Assembly: GCA_030550235.1 (NCBI GenBank)
Contig: JAUQPU010000002.1
Span: 92,602 to 156,601 of the forward strand
Reading direction: 5' to 3'
Origin: Thermoproteota archaeon
Lineage (GTDB): Archaea > Thermoproteota > Nitrososphaeria_A > Caldarchaeales > Calditenuaceae
Length of the DNA stretch: 64,000 bases
Part shown: positions 26,953 to 36,688 of the stretch, piece after piece
How positions within the stretch are numbered: the first letter of the stretch is position 1
How the letters are laid out: every line of letters begins with the position of its first letter
Translations under genes and position numbers: made by a program
The notes under the pieces: model-generated
What the model was told of the DNA's origin: nothing
The model's database searches: none
What the model saw: only the letters and a program-made list of their open reading frames with translations

Positions 26953-27287
26953 CGAGCAGGGCATGTACAAGGTATTTCTCCACACCGTGGACAGCCTGCA
27001 CTGTATCTCGAGAGAAACTCTCTCTGAAGGTCTATTCCCAAGACGTTGCATGTGCTGAGCATCCATGCCAGTAGGTCTGCAAACTCGGGTCCAAGGTTTT
27101 TAGAGTTTTTGATATATGCGTCCGCCACTTCTCCAGCCTCCGAGAGCATCCATAGGAGCGTCCTCTCAGGCCCACGGGCAGCATCCCTCTCGCCATATAT
27201 CCTAGCCATAAGTCTCTGGCACTCTCTAAGCTCCAAACAATCCACCAGCGGGCCCCATATATGCCAACCACGTAAAAACCCTTCCAC
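26949..27287 (-). CDS. MazG-like nucleoside triphosphate pyrophosphohydrolase domain protein with a C-terminal Cys cluster
   Basis: LLWMLSEAGEVADAY plus LLAWMLSTCNVLGIDL is the all-alpha MazG E-E-x2-E/D pattern. Ends CPRCGEIPCTCP. Confidence 0.55.
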   Translation of the reverse strand: MEGFLRGWHIWGPLVDCLELRECQRLMARIYGERDAARGPERTLLWMLSEAGEVADAYIKNSKNLGPEFADLLAWMLSTCNVLGIDLQREFLSRYSAGCPRCGEIPCTCPAR

Positions 27288-27340
27288 ATAAAAGACAGTT
27301 CGCGTAAACCTTTTTCAACCCCAATCATTATAGAGGCTAT

Positions 27341-28291
27341 ATGTCGGCTGGAAGGCTCCTAAGAAGCCTCTTAAAGAGTAAGGAGCTGGTATTCACTGCC
27401 GGGGTCTATACACCGGTTCAGGCGCGCCTAGCCGAGATGGTAGGGCTCAAATGCATCTATGTCAGCGGATACTCATGCTCGATAGGGTATCTGTTAAAGC
27501 CTGACATAGGGTTCCTAAACCTCACAGATATGGTGAACTTCGCGGGAATGATAGCTCGGGCGGTCAGGGCTCCAGTAATCTCGGACGCTGACGACGCGTA
27601 TGGAAACGCTGTGACCTCTACGAGGACGGTTGAGGAGTTTGCGAGGGTGGGGGTTGCTGGGATACATGTTGAGGACCAGAGATTCCCGAAGAGATGCGGC
27701 CACCTCGCAGGCAAGCTGGTCCTACCTTTCGAGGAGGCTCTGTTGAAGCTGAAATCTATTCTCAATGCGCGGGACCAGGTTGATAGAGACTTTGTCATCA
27801 TCGCTAGGACAGACGTTCTGGGCTCGGAAGGGGGAACTGTGGAGGAGGCTGTTAGAAGGGGAATAGCATACGCCGACGCCGGAGCCGATGTAGTCTGGGC
27901 AGAGTTTAGATCACCGGACGACGAGGCGGCAAGGGTCTTCGCAGAGAAGGTTCTCAGCGAACATCCAGACACACCCCTCCTCTTCAACTATTCCTCATCA
28001 TTCAGATGGTCTAAGAGCAGGTATAGGCTACGCTTCCGGGATATAGCCGGGATGGGCTATAGGCTCCTTTTAGTGAGTATGGGAGGTCTTCAGGCAGAGC
28101 TTGTCCATGTTTGGAGGTATCTTAAGGGGCTTGTGGAGGATATGGAGGAGGCCCACTGGCGGCTTGAATCCGAGCTGGAAAGCACACCCTTCGAGAACCT
28201 CCACGAGTTCGTCGGCATAAGCAGGTACGCCGAGCTTGAGAGACTCTACCTGCCCAGCAGCGAGCTAAGGGAGAGATATGGTTCAGGATAA
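27341..28291 (+). CDS. PEP mutase/isocitrate lyase superfamily enzyme (methylisocitrate-lyase or carboxyvinyl-carboxyphosphonate-phosphorylmutase-like)
   Basis: Family motifs YVSGYS, SDADDAYGN, GIHVEDQRFPKRCGHLAGK (the KRCGH active-site loop). Confidence 0.75.
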   Translation: MSAGRLLRSLLKSKELVFTAGVYTPVQARLAEMVGLKCIYVSGYSCSIGYLLKPDIGFLNLTDMVNFAGMIARAVRAPVISDADDAYGNAVTSTRTVEEFARVGVAGIHVEDQRFPKRCGHLAGKLVLPFEEALLKLKSILNARDQVDRDFVIIARTDVLGSEGGTVEEAVRRGIAYADAGADVVWAEFRSPDDEAARVFAEKVLSEHPDTPLLFNYSSSFRWSKSRYRLRFRDIAGMGYRLLLVSMGGLQAELVHVWRYLKGLVEDMEEAHWRLESELESTPFENLHEFVGISRYAELERLYLPSSELRERYGSG

Positions 28292-28745
28292 GAATTATAG
28301 GCGTGTGGGGGAGGGTCTTAGTGGATTGCCCACCTATACAGGAGAAATAGTGGTTAGAACCCGTGGCGAGAATGATGTTGTGGACATAACTGATAAGGTC
28401 GAGAGCTATGTTGCCCGGTCGGGTGTGAAGAACGGTGTCGCCCACCTTTACGTCATCGGCTCAACAGCGGCATTAACGACGATGGAGTATGAGCCAGGCC
28501 TCATAGAGGATATCCGGAACGCCATGGAGAGGATAGCTCCTAGAAACGCCTACTACAAGCATCACGAGAGATGGGGAGACGATAATGGACACTCCCACAT
28601 AAGGGCCTCAATAATCGGCCCATCCCTCTGCATCCCAATCAGAGAAGGCTCACTAACCACAGGTACTTGGCAACAACTCATCCTCCTCGAGCTAGACACT
28701 CGTGCAAGAGAGAGGAGAATTTTAGTGACAGTCATAGGGGACTAA
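28278..28745 (+). CDS. YjbQ/UPF0047 family protein
   Basis: Signature DNGHSHIRASIIGPSLCIPIREGSLTTGTWQQLILLELDTRARERRILV. Confidence 0.8.
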   Translation: MVQDKNYRRVGEGLSGLPTYTGEIVVRTRGENDVVDITDKVESYVARSGVKNGVAHLYVIGSTAALTTMEYEPGLIEDIRNAMERIAPRNAYYKHHERWGDDNGHSHIRASIIGPSLCIPIREGSLTTGTWQQLILLELDTRARERRILVTVIGD

Positions 28746-28819
28746 GGGCCACGCGGACAACATGGAGCATAGCTATAGTCTAGGCTGTGTCCCCGAAAAA
28801 TTAACTGGGGAGCTGGCCT

Positions 28820-29245
28820 CTACGGTGGTGTTATCTTTATCGCCTGTACGGGACAGGCAGACTCGCAGGCCATGCAGAAGATGCAGTCAGACTCTCTGAT
28901 AGGCTCGGATTTATCCGTCCTATACTTCTCCCAGAGCTCCTTATCCTTCTCCGGTTCTATGATTTTGTCTTTCCCAGTCCCTGAGTAGCCGGGGTTCAGG
29001 GCCCACTCAAAGACATTGACGGGGCAAACATCCATACACGCGCCATCAGCGATACAGCTATCCCAGTCCACCGCCACGGCAGTCCCATGTATCCCAAGCC
29101 TAGTGGGGTACGGCTTCCCCTCACCATCGGGCCTCTCCAGGCCCTCACCCCATACAGCGTGACCATTATGTTCACCAGTCTTCGGCAGCTTCTTAGAGAA
29201 GTCAGGGTCGATTGGAGCTGATTTAAAATCAACTTGTCGGACCAT
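28820..29245 (-). CDS. 7Fe-type ferredoxin (two Cys clusters) with an N-terminal extension of about 60 aa, as in Sulfolobus-type zinc-containing ferredoxins
   Basis: CIADGACMDVCP and CIFCMACESACP cluster motifs. The N-terminal extension contains His residues (GEHNGHAVWGEG). Confidence 0.65.
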   Translation of the reverse strand: MVRQVDFKSAPIDPDFSKKLPKTGEHNGHAVWGEGLERPDGEGKPYPTRLGIHGTAVAVDWDSCIADGACMDVCPVNVFEWALNPGYSGTGKDKIIEPEKDKELWEKYRTDKSEPIRESDCIFCMACESACPVQAIKITPP

Positions 29246-29292
29246 CGCTATCGGAATCTTTAATCAAAGTCTACTATATCTACTTAACCCGT

Positions 29293-29643
29293 TTATACAG
29301 TTTCGAGTCTCAAGACTCTTGTAAAGCATGTGCGGGTGCCCTTATGGCATGCGGGGCCCTGGGGACTCACGAGGTAAATAACTGCGTCGCCGTCACAGTC
29401 TACTAGAATGTCGATGATTTTCATGTAGTTTCCGGAGGTCTCGCCCTTAAGCCATAGCCTCCCTCTGGACCTGCTGTAGAAGTATGCAAGCCCCTCGCGG
29501 AGGGACCTCTCAACCGCCTCTCTATTAGCGTGTGCAAACATCAGCACATCCTTTGTCTCATAGTCTTGGACAATGACGCTCACCAATCCTCCCAACTTCG
29601 AGAAATCCAGGCTTGATACTGTTACATTTTCTTGGCTGTTCAT
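29293..29643 (-). CDS. hisI: Phosphoribosyl-AMP cyclohydrolase HisI
   Basis: GLVSVIVQDYETKDVLMFAHANREA ... SRSRGRLWLKGETSGN ... DCDGDAV ... CHKGTRTCF. Confidence 0.85.
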   Translation of the reverse strand: MNSQENVTVSSLDFSKLGGLVSVIVQDYETKDVLMFAHANREAVERSLREGLAYFYSRSRGRLWLKGETSGNYMKIIDILVDCDGDAVIYLVSPQGPACHKGTRTCFTRVLRLETV

Positions 29644-30476
29644 AATCTAACCTCAACCCCCTGAGAGATTAGATATTCTTTCACCTGCTTGATGGTGTAG
29701 ATTCCATAGTGGAAGACTGAGGCTGCGAGGACAGCATCCGCGCCTCCCTGTTTGATGGCTTCTAAAAAGTGTCTAAGGTCTCCGGCTCCCCCACTCGCTA
29801 TCACAGGGATTGTAACTATGCTTGATATGCGGCGTAATAGCTCGATGTCATATCCCGTCCTTCTCCCATCCTGGTCTATAGACGTCAGGAGTATCTCCCC
29901 GGCACCCAGCTCCTCACCCTTCTTGGCCCACCTCACGGCATCCAACCCCGTAGGCCTGGTTGCGCTGTGGCTGTATACTTGAAACCAGACCCGCCCCGAA
30001 TCATACTCCCGCCTCGCATCGATAGCCAACACAGTACACTGTGCGCCGAATCTTTCAGATATCTGTGAGATGATTGAGGGGTTTTGAATTGCGGCGGTAT
30101 TCACCGCAACCTTATCTGCGCCGTTTGCTAGTATCCTATAGGCGTCTTCTGCGCTTCTAACTCCTCCTCCCACGGTGAATGGTATGTTTATCTCTGAGGC
30201 CACCCTCCGTATGACATCTACAAAGGTCTCCCTACCCTCAATTGATGCGGAGATGTCGAGGAGGGCCAGCTCATCAGCCCCATCCTCCACATATTTAGAG
30301 GCTAATGCCACCGGGTCTCCAGCCGTCTGAAGCTCCCTGAAAGAGACACCTTTCACGACTACACCATGGTGAACATCAAGACAAGGTATGATCCTCTTAG
30401 CTATCACCCACCACACCTTTCGCAGCCTTGATATACTCTTTGAGTGGTGCAAGCCTTTCATAATAGGCTCTACCAA
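29640..30476 (-). CDS. hisF: Imidazole glycerol phosphate synthase cyclase subunit HisF
   Basis: [10 protein letters not shown] ... GADKV (TIM-barrel HisF motifs). The track ORF overlaps hisA by 80 nt, so the true start is probably internal, near [12 protein letters not shown] at about 30404. Confidence 0.85.
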   Translation of the reverse strand: MVEPIMKGLHHSKSISRLRKVWWVIAKRIIPCLDVHHGVVVKGVSFRELQTAGDPVALASKYVEDGADELALLDISASIEGRETFVDVIRRVASEINIPFTVGGGVRSAEDAYRILANGADKVAVNTAAIQNPSIISQISERFGAQCTVLAIDARREYDSGRVWFQVYSHSATRPTGLDAVRWAKKGEELGAGEILLTSIDQDGRRTGYDIELLRRISSIVTIPVIASGGAGDLRHFLEAIKQGGADAVLAASVFHYGIYTIKQVKEYLISQGVEVRL

Positions 30477-31161
30477 GCACTATCCCTCTATAGCCGATGC
30501 TTGATAATGTCTTCACCTCGCGAGGGGTTGTAATTCCTCCGCTCGCGTAGATTACTCCTCTCCTCTCTACAGGTATTTTTTCAAGAAATCGCAGGTCGGG
30601 GCCCTCGAGGGTCCCATCCCTCTCAACCGCTGTCATCAGAATGTACTTCAGGGAGAAGTCGTCGACTATTCTTAAGCCCTCCTCAATCCTCATCAGGCTT
30701 GTCATGCTCCATCCTTCATAGACTATGCCGTCCTTGTTGAAGTCGAGTGCAGCGACCAACCTCTCGGGGCCATAGTCTCTCACAAGCTCTTTTACCAGCT
30801 CCCTATTCTTAAATAAGATAGTGCCGATAATTATTCTCTCTGCTCCAATCTCAAAGACCTTCTCGACCCGTTCTCTAGATCGGAGTCCCCCACCAACTTG
30901 TACCGCCTTACCCTCAGCGTTCTTTATTATCTCCTTTATCACCTCTATGTTGTTCCCCTTGTTTAGGGCTGCGTCTACATCGACTATGTGGATGCCGTCT
31001 ATCTCTGTAGAGGCCAGCTGTCTCGCTACGTATGCCGGGTTGTTGGAATAGACGAACATATTCCCTAAATCGCCCTTCATTAGCCTAACTACGCGGCCCT
31101 CCAGCAGATCAATCGCGACCCATATCTCCATGTATCCATGCATTGCTGGACAAGCCACCAT
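30397..31161 (-). CDS. hisA: ProFAR isomerase HisA
   Basis: IDLLEGRVVRLMKGD ... GGGLRS ... ASGGITTPREVKTL (HisA (beta-alpha)8 barrel motifs). Confidence 0.85.
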   Translation of the reverse strand: MVACPAMHGYMEIWVAIDLLEGRVVRLMKGDLGNMFVYSNNPAYVARQLASTEIDGIHIVDVDAALNKGNNIEVIKEIIKNAEGKAVQVGGGLRSRERVEKVFEIGAERIIIGTILFKNRELVKELVRDYGPERLVAALDFNKDGIVYEGWSMTSLMRIEEGLRIVDDFSLKYILMTAVERDGTLEGPDLRFLEKIPVERRGVIYASGGITTPREVKTLSSIGYRGIVLGRAYYERLAPLKEYIKAAKGVVGDS

Positions 31162-31183
31162 AAATACGCATTCTTACCACTGC

Positions 31184-32218
31184 CTACACATTTATGCTAG
31201 GCCAGCTTTCCAGCGGCTGTGTTGAATTCAGAATGTGGGCTCCCATGTCTGCAAACCTCCTGAAGGCTATGTCTGCCTCCATTGAATAGTCAACGACGCC
31301 GGGGACAACGACGGGAGAAGTGCAGTCCTCGAGAAGATAGATTCTTGAGACGAGCTGCGGCCTCCTTTCCCTAACAGCCTCTATTAAGTCTGAGACTGTC
31401 CAAGCGACGCAGTGGCTCTTGGCCTCCCCCGCCACTATTATGGCATCATAAGAGAGGATATGATTAATCAGCATTTCATCCCTCTCACCTATAACCTCCC
31501 CGCCTGGTCCTCTCTTAACCTCAGGCCCTAGGGCTGAGTAGTGCTCCGTCAATGGCGAGTAACCTTTCATCCTAACTATAGGCTGGGATGACCTTGCCAC
31601 GGCGTGGAAAAACACCGCCTCCTCCACGAGAGGAACTAGGGCGTGCCCGACTCCACCCAGCATAGCGTGAAATGGCCATATGGTTAGCTCATACTTCCCA
31701 CCCTTCTCCAAACTCTCGACATAATGCCTAACATAGGCCTGCAGGTACTCGAGGCTTATCCCTAGAGTCTTGGCAGCCTCGGCGGAGACTCTCCATCTAC
31801 CCTCCCTAACATCCTCGACAGAGATACGTGTGTAGGGATCTGGATGCCTACCCTCAGCATCCTCAAAAAAGAGGGAGTGGAAGATCTGATAGGCCTGGTG
31901 CGTATCCATTGTGGCGACAATCCTAGTTATCGATGAGAGGTTTCTGTAGATGAAGGATGCCAGCCTCTGGCTGTCCTCTACTGCGCCTCTTCCAGACTTT
32001 CCGGCCACGAAGAGCTCAAAGCCAGGTATACAGAAGGTGTTCTGGACGTCTATTAGCAGTAGGCAGACTTTGAACTCATCATTCGAGGATGGCTTGACGG
32101 AGTGCCTCCTACTCCACTCCAGCGCCTGGGCAGCCCTCTCCTGGTAGGGGACTCGCCAAACTTTGTCTGCTTGTAGTGGGTCGAAGTGTGGGGGGAGAGG
32201 AAGCTCCCTAAACATCAT
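31184..32218 (-). CDS. Isochorismatase-family cysteine hydrolase with extended N-terminus
   Basis: LLLIDVQNTFC (catalytic Asp context) and IIVAGEAKSHCVAWTV (catalytic Cys context). 344 aa is longer than the typical family member. Confidence 0.5.
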   Translation of the reverse strand: MMFRELPLPPHFDPLQADKVWRVPYQERAAQALEWSRRHSVKPSSNDEFKVCLLLIDVQNTFCIPGFELFVAGKSGRGAVEDSQRLASFIYRNLSSITRIVATMDTHQAYQIFHSLFFEDAEGRHPDPYTRISVEDVREGRWRVSAEAAKTLGISLEYLQAYVRHYVESLEKGGKYELTIWPFHAMLGGVGHALVPLVEEAVFFHAVARSSQPIVRMKGYSPLTEHYSALGPEVKRGPGGEVIGERDEMLINHILSYDAIIVAGEAKSHCVAWTVSDLIEAVRERRPQLVSRIYLLEDCTSPVVVPGVVDYSMEADIAFRRFADMGAHILNSTQPLESWPSINV

Positions 32219-32271
32219 GAATATACATGTGTAGGCCTCATATTGGCTTTTCCCACTTTACCAAGATGATG

Positions 32272-32895
32272 CTAAACTGTTTGGCTTTCCGTCTGGGCCT
32301 GAGGAGGCTGCTCCGGAAGCGTGAAGAACGCAACTATCTGGAGTATAATCGACACCAATAGAATTACAAATCCAACCAGAATTATGGTGGTTGCGGCTCC
32401 GATAAGATATAGCAGGCCGGTGGTTGAGAAGAGGCCTGCACCGAGTTTCCTAGAGATGGAGCTATAGCTTCTTCTAAGAAAAATACCGGACGCTATACCG
32501 AATATCCAGATAATTATCAGGGCTACTAATATCGCTACAAGTAGGTCGAGAAATAGGTTTAAAACCTGTTGGTTAGTTAGCCTACCCGGGAGACCATCGA
32601 CGAGTGATGAGATATTCAAGATCTGGAGAATGCTTTGGAAACCTAGAGCAAAGCCAACTGCAACCCCCGCAGCTCCACCCACGACAGTCAATATCACTGC
32701 AAGCAGCATGTTGTTAAAGATCGATTGGTCGCCAACCACGTCTGATATCCTCTTAATAGCAATGACGACGAGGATAAGCCCGACAATGTAGAGGATGAAG
32801 CCGACCTGCGGCGCTAATGCCAGTAGCATGAGTATCGAGCCGATTCCCCCGAGGTATTTCGCGTCGGTGAGGCTACTCATCCTACCTCCACACAA
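32272..32895 (-). CDS. Polytopic membrane protein of unknown function
   Basis: 207 aa with five to six hydrophobic helices and no ABC permease EAA loop. Confidence 0.4.
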   Translation of the reverse strand: MCGGRMSSLTDAKYLGGIGSILMLLALAPQVGFILYIVGLILVVIAIKRISDVVGDQSIFNNMLLAVILTVVGGAAGVAVGFALGFQSILQILNISSLVDGLPGRLTNQQVLNLFLDLLVAILVALIIIWIFGIASGIFLRRSYSSISRKLGAGLFSTTGLLYLIGAATTIILVGFVILLVSIILQIVAFFTLPEQPPQAQTESQTV

Positions 32896-32928
32896 TCTAG
32901 TCCTTTATAATCTTTAGTTTGTGATGCG

Positions 32929-33975
32929 TCAGTACCTGACACGCGGGTCGAGGATGAGGTAAAGTGTCTCGAGTAGGAGCCTAGCTGCGACGTAGATTAG
33001 CCCGTACATGTAGGTTAGGGCCACTATTACGGCCTCATCCCCCCTGACTACTGCGTCGTAGTAAAGCCTACCCATGCCGGGCCAGTTGAATATAGTCTCG
33101 GTGAGTATCGCGCCTCCTAGCGAGCCTGCGAGGCTGAAGACTACAATGGTTATGATGGGCGGTGCGGCAGCTCTCAAGATGTGTCTCCTGATGACGACGC
33201 CCTCTGGCAGGCCCCTGGCCTTTGCGGCTGTCACGAAGTCTTCTTGGGCCACGTTCAAAACTATTGTCCTCGCGGCGTAGACGGATGGTCCTATGCTCAC
33301 TGCCACGAGAGTTGTGACAGGTAGTATTGAGTGCCAGAGTACGTCTAGAATTATGAGGTGTGGCTGAGTGGGCGGTGGAGAGCTCATCACACCGCCAGGA
33401 GGGAGCAGCCTCACATAATATACCAACAGGAGAAGGAGTATTATTCCTGTCCACCAGCTGGGGAGGCCGTTCGAGATTGCTGCTAGGTAGACTGCTACCC
33501 TGTCGGTCCTGCTTCCCGGGTTTAGAGCGAGCTTGAGACCGATGTAGATTCCCGCGATTGATGAGATGAGGACGGCTGATGTGACAAGCATAACTGTGAA
33601 GGGGAGCCGCTCCATTATTATATCGCTGATTTTCCTGCTCCCGCTGAACCCCTCAATCACCTTGGACTCGCCCAAGTCTAGCAGGACCACCCGCCTAACG
33701 ATGTCGGGTAACCTGTAGTACCAGGGCTTGTTAAGACCATAGGACTCTATCAGCTCCTGCCTCCTCGCAGCGAGGGCATTTTCTAGTTCTGTCGGGTCTG
33801 TTATGCGCTGTGCAAGGCTCTGTCTCAGGTTTCTCAGCTCCTCGTTTATCGTGGCCATTACGACTCTCTCAGAGAACCCGCTTGCGCCTAATATGGCGAC
33901 GAGTATGGCGATTACAACGAGAAGTACTAGGCCCAGAGTTGCGGCCCTGGCTGCCAGCGTCCTTACTGCGCCCAC
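32929..33975 (-). CDS. Dpp/Opp-type ABC transporter permease (DppB-like)
   Basis: EAA loop region EDFVTAAKARGLPEGVVIRRHILRAA and typical C-terminus ...LILDPRVRY. Six TM segments. Confidence 0.8.
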   Translation of the reverse strand: MGAVRTLAARAATLGLVLLVVIAILVAILGASGFSERVVMATINEELRNLRQSLAQRITDPTELENALAARRQELIESYGLNKPWYYRLPDIVRRVVLLDLGESKVIEGFSGSRKISDIIMERLPFTVMLVTSAVLISSIAGIYIGLKLALNPGSRTDRVAVYLAAISNGLPSWWTGIILLLLLVYYVRLLPPGGVMSSPPPTQPHLIILDVLWHSILPVTTLVAVSIGPSVYAARTIVLNVAQEDFVTAAKARGLPEGVVIRRHILRAAAPPIITIVVFSLAGSLGGAILTETIFNWPGMGRLYYDAVVRGDEAVIVALTYMYGLIYVAARLLLETLYLILDPRVRY

Positions 33976-36596
33976 TACCTCCCCCTACGTCTAAGAAGAG
34001 CGGCCAGGATTAAAACAACAACTAAAGCCACGGCTACGCCAATGTAGAGGAGGGTTGGCTGCAGTGTCTCGGCTGCTCCAGCCTCTCTGGTAGTTGTCCG
34101 CTGGGTTTGAGTTGTAGTCTCCCCAGTGATTGTTGGCTTCCCAGTCACAACTCGGAGGTCACCCTCAATCTCCAGCACTATTCCGATCATATCAGGGTTG
34201 TAGGCGATGACTGAGAGTTTGTAGAGTCCTGGCCTCAGCTTAGACGCGGCCTCAGCCGAGACCCGGATCTCGTAGGAGTCCATGCCGGTGTGTGTTGCCT
34301 CGCCTGTGGCCACGACCATGCTCTGAGACGCGTCTTGTATAAGGTATCTGACACCGGTGCCGGGTGGTGCGTTGAGTCTGAAGGTTATTGTCCCGCCTGC
34401 CTGCGTGTTCAGCTCGCCTGAGATGGAAGATGTAATGGAGAGCTGTGGGGGTTTAGCGAACTCTGACCATCTGCCGGGGCTGAATGGGTAGGATGTATCT
34501 CTGAAGGCTACAAGCTCGGCCGTCTGGCTTGGGCCGTCAAACCTGACCAGCATAAAGGGCCCCTGACCGATAACGAGGTGTCTGTACTTTCTAAACCACT
34601 CGATGGAGGCGCGGTATCTGGCCTCTGCCTCACCCCAGCTCACCTGGTAACTGCCATCAATGCTAAGCACCTTCTCAGGCAGGTAACTAGAAGATAGGAA
34701 CTCGCCCAAGACAACCTCCGCCAAGTATCTCGAGACGCGCTCCTTGACTAGGTTTATCCAGCCCAGCTCAGGGTTAAACCTCGCAGCCGCTGTATCCGTG
34801 TAGGCCGCCTGCCTCTTCTCAAAGACCAGGACATCCATGGCAAATAGAACCTCCCAAGGCATAGAGAGGGAGACTGGCAGAGCGTACTCGGCTACAACCT
34901 CAGGCTCGAAGTGCCAGTAATCAACATAGACCTCAAGTTTAGTTCCATCCACTATCCTAAATCCCTTGAATGTCTCGAGATAGGGTCTGGAGGTCACGGC
35001 TATAGCGGTCTCGATTCTGCTCTTCCGCTCATTGTAGGCTATGTCGAAGGCCTGGTAGATTGGGTAGAGTATGTCTGCCCAGGTGATTGGCTGTCCATGG
35101 TGCCACTTTGCACCGAGATACTTTGAGAAGTCATAGATAATCTTGCTCTTCGCAGTTACGCCTGACCCAACACTTCGCCAGCCACCCATCTGGGCATCCC
35201 AGATGAAGGCGTCTGCCGGCACTTGGACTGTGGGCTGGGGAGCCGAGGTCTCAACTCTGAAGTCGGCCCTGAAGGGTATAGGCTTCCCCGAGAACGGGTG
35301 CCTCGCGATTGGAGGGTCGACTATGTTGCGGTAGATGTCGACGCTATAGACGTCGCCGAAGCCTCCGACTGGGTTCCAGGCGCTCCTACCACCTGGGGGC
35401 TCAACCCATAGATGCCCGACAAGAAGCGTCTTGTCTCCACGCTTCACATTCAGGCTCTCTCTCAGCGTATAGATTGAGCGGGGGCCTCCCACGATGTCGA
35501 GGATTAATGGGGAGACAGCTGGGCTTGAGGGAAAAATGCTGATGGCTGTGGCAACCCAGATCCTAACTGACTCTTGGACGCAGAGGCTCGTCATTCTCCT
35601 GAAGAGCTCGTCGCGCTCCTCCCTGCTCCCGTAGTCGCCCCTGAAAAGCCTCTTGCCCAGCTCGTCTATGGTCGAGTTTTCATACTGCCAGAAACCCACC
35701 TCCCTCCAGCCAGGCATGTTGCCCAGCCACGGGGCGCAGAACTGGTTTATGCTGCCTGCCTCATACCGACCGGCGCCCCCTCTCCCCCAGCCCTCAGTAT
35801 AGATGTGCCAGTCAAATGCTGCTGGATCCCTTGAATAGACCCGCTCAACGGCAGGCCCGAACTCCAGCAATATCGGCTCGACTCTAAATCCAAGCCTCTC
35901 CAACTCATTCCTAAGCATCTCGCCAATCTCCCTCCTCTCATCCTCCGACCTGTAAATCAGCTTCAGCGAAACTTCCCTCCCCCCATACCTCCAAACACCA
36001 TCCACAAGCTCCGCCCCAGCCTTCCTCATCGCCTCGATCACAACTGACCGGGCATAATCCGGGTCGTAGCGTATCCCCAGCGACTTAACATCCTCGAAGA
36101 CTGTGACGTAGTCTAGGTCGAAGGGGCTGACGAAAGTGTACATGGGCTGGGCCATCCCCTTAAAGATAACCGAGACTATCTCATCCCTGTTCACTATGTA
36201 CTGCATTGCCTGCCTGATCTCCCTTATAGAGAACGGGTTGAGCTGGCCGCTTGGAGCAGGTGCCGGGTTCAGTATTATCGAATACATCGTCGCCGGGGCC
36301 TCGATGAGCTTGATTGAAGGATCGTCTCTTAGACGACGGGCGGTCTCAGTCTTCAGATTAAACAGGAAAATGTCTATCCTGCCTGCCTTGATTTCCCTAT
36401 CCGCAATGTCCTGCGAGCCTATCCCCCTGAATATTATCCTCTCGGCTGCGGGTCCACGCAGCTCGGACTGACCATTAGACACTTCTATTAGGGACAGCTG
36501 GGTGACTGTTAGCAGTAGGGCGGAGATCAGTGCTATCAGGATGCGCATTCCAGGTCTGGAGAAAGTAATGAGGGCAAATAGATAAGTTTTGGGCAT
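33975..36596 (-). CDS. ABC transporter substrate-binding protein, family 5 (oligopeptide/nickel type), archaeal long form with C-terminal Thr-rich linker and TM anchor
   Basis: 873 aa. N-terminal signal-like helix. SBP-5 core. C-terminus TTTQTQRTTTREAGAAE... then hydrophobic LLYIGVAVALVVVLILAALL and RRRGR. Confidence 0.7.
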   Translation of the reverse strand: MPKTYLFALITFSRPGMRILIALISALLLTVTQLSLIEVSNGQSELRGPAAERIIFRGIGSQDIADREIKAGRIDIFLFNLKTETARRLRDDPSIKLIEAPATMYSIILNPAPAPSGQLNPFSIREIRQAMQYIVNRDEIVSVIFKGMAQPMYTFVSPFDLDYVTVFEDVKSLGIRYDPDYARSVVIEAMRKAGAELVDGVWRYGGREVSLKLIYRSEDERREIGEMLRNELERLGFRVEPILLEFGPAVERVYSRDPAAFDWHIYTEGWGRGGAGRYEAGSINQFCAPWLGNMPGWREVGFWQYENSTIDELGKRLFRGDYGSREERDELFRRMTSLCVQESVRIWVATAISIFPSSPAVSPLILDIVGGPRSIYTLRESLNVKRGDKTLLVGHLWVEPPGGRSAWNPVGGFGDVYSVDIYRNIVDPPIARHPFSGKPIPFRADFRVETSAPQPTVQVPADAFIWDAQMGGWRSVGSGVTAKSKIIYDFSKYLGAKWHHGQPITWADILYPIYQAFDIAYNERKSRIETAIAVTSRPYLETFKGFRIVDGTKLEVYVDYWHFEPEVVAEYALPVSLSMPWEVLFAMDVLVFEKRQAAYTDTAAARFNPELGWINLVKERVSRYLAEVVLGEFLSSSYLPEKVLSIDGSYQVSWGEAEARYRASIEWFRKYRHLVIGQGPFMLVRFDGPSQTAELVAFRDTSYPFSPGRWSEFAKPPQLSITSSISGELNTQAGGTITFRLNAPPGTGVRYLIQDASQSMVVATGEATHTGMDSYEIRVSAEAASKLRPGLYKLSVIAYNPDMIGIVLEIEGDLRVVTGKPTITGETTTQTQRTTTREAGAAETLQPTLLYIGVAVALVVVLILAALLRRRGR

Positions 36597-36688
36597 CCAC
36601 CACTAGGAAATAGCCGAAACGTCTCGTACCGCAGGGCATTCTGACGCCTAGGTACTTGAGACTACCGCGTCTCCTCTCGGATACCTTC

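Noticed and set aside
33068-35941. Multiple short ORFs on both strands within the DppB-like permease and family-5 SBP genes
   Set aside because: These are shadow ORFs overlapping long coding regions with clear motifs. Their composition is biased in the way expected for alternate frames.
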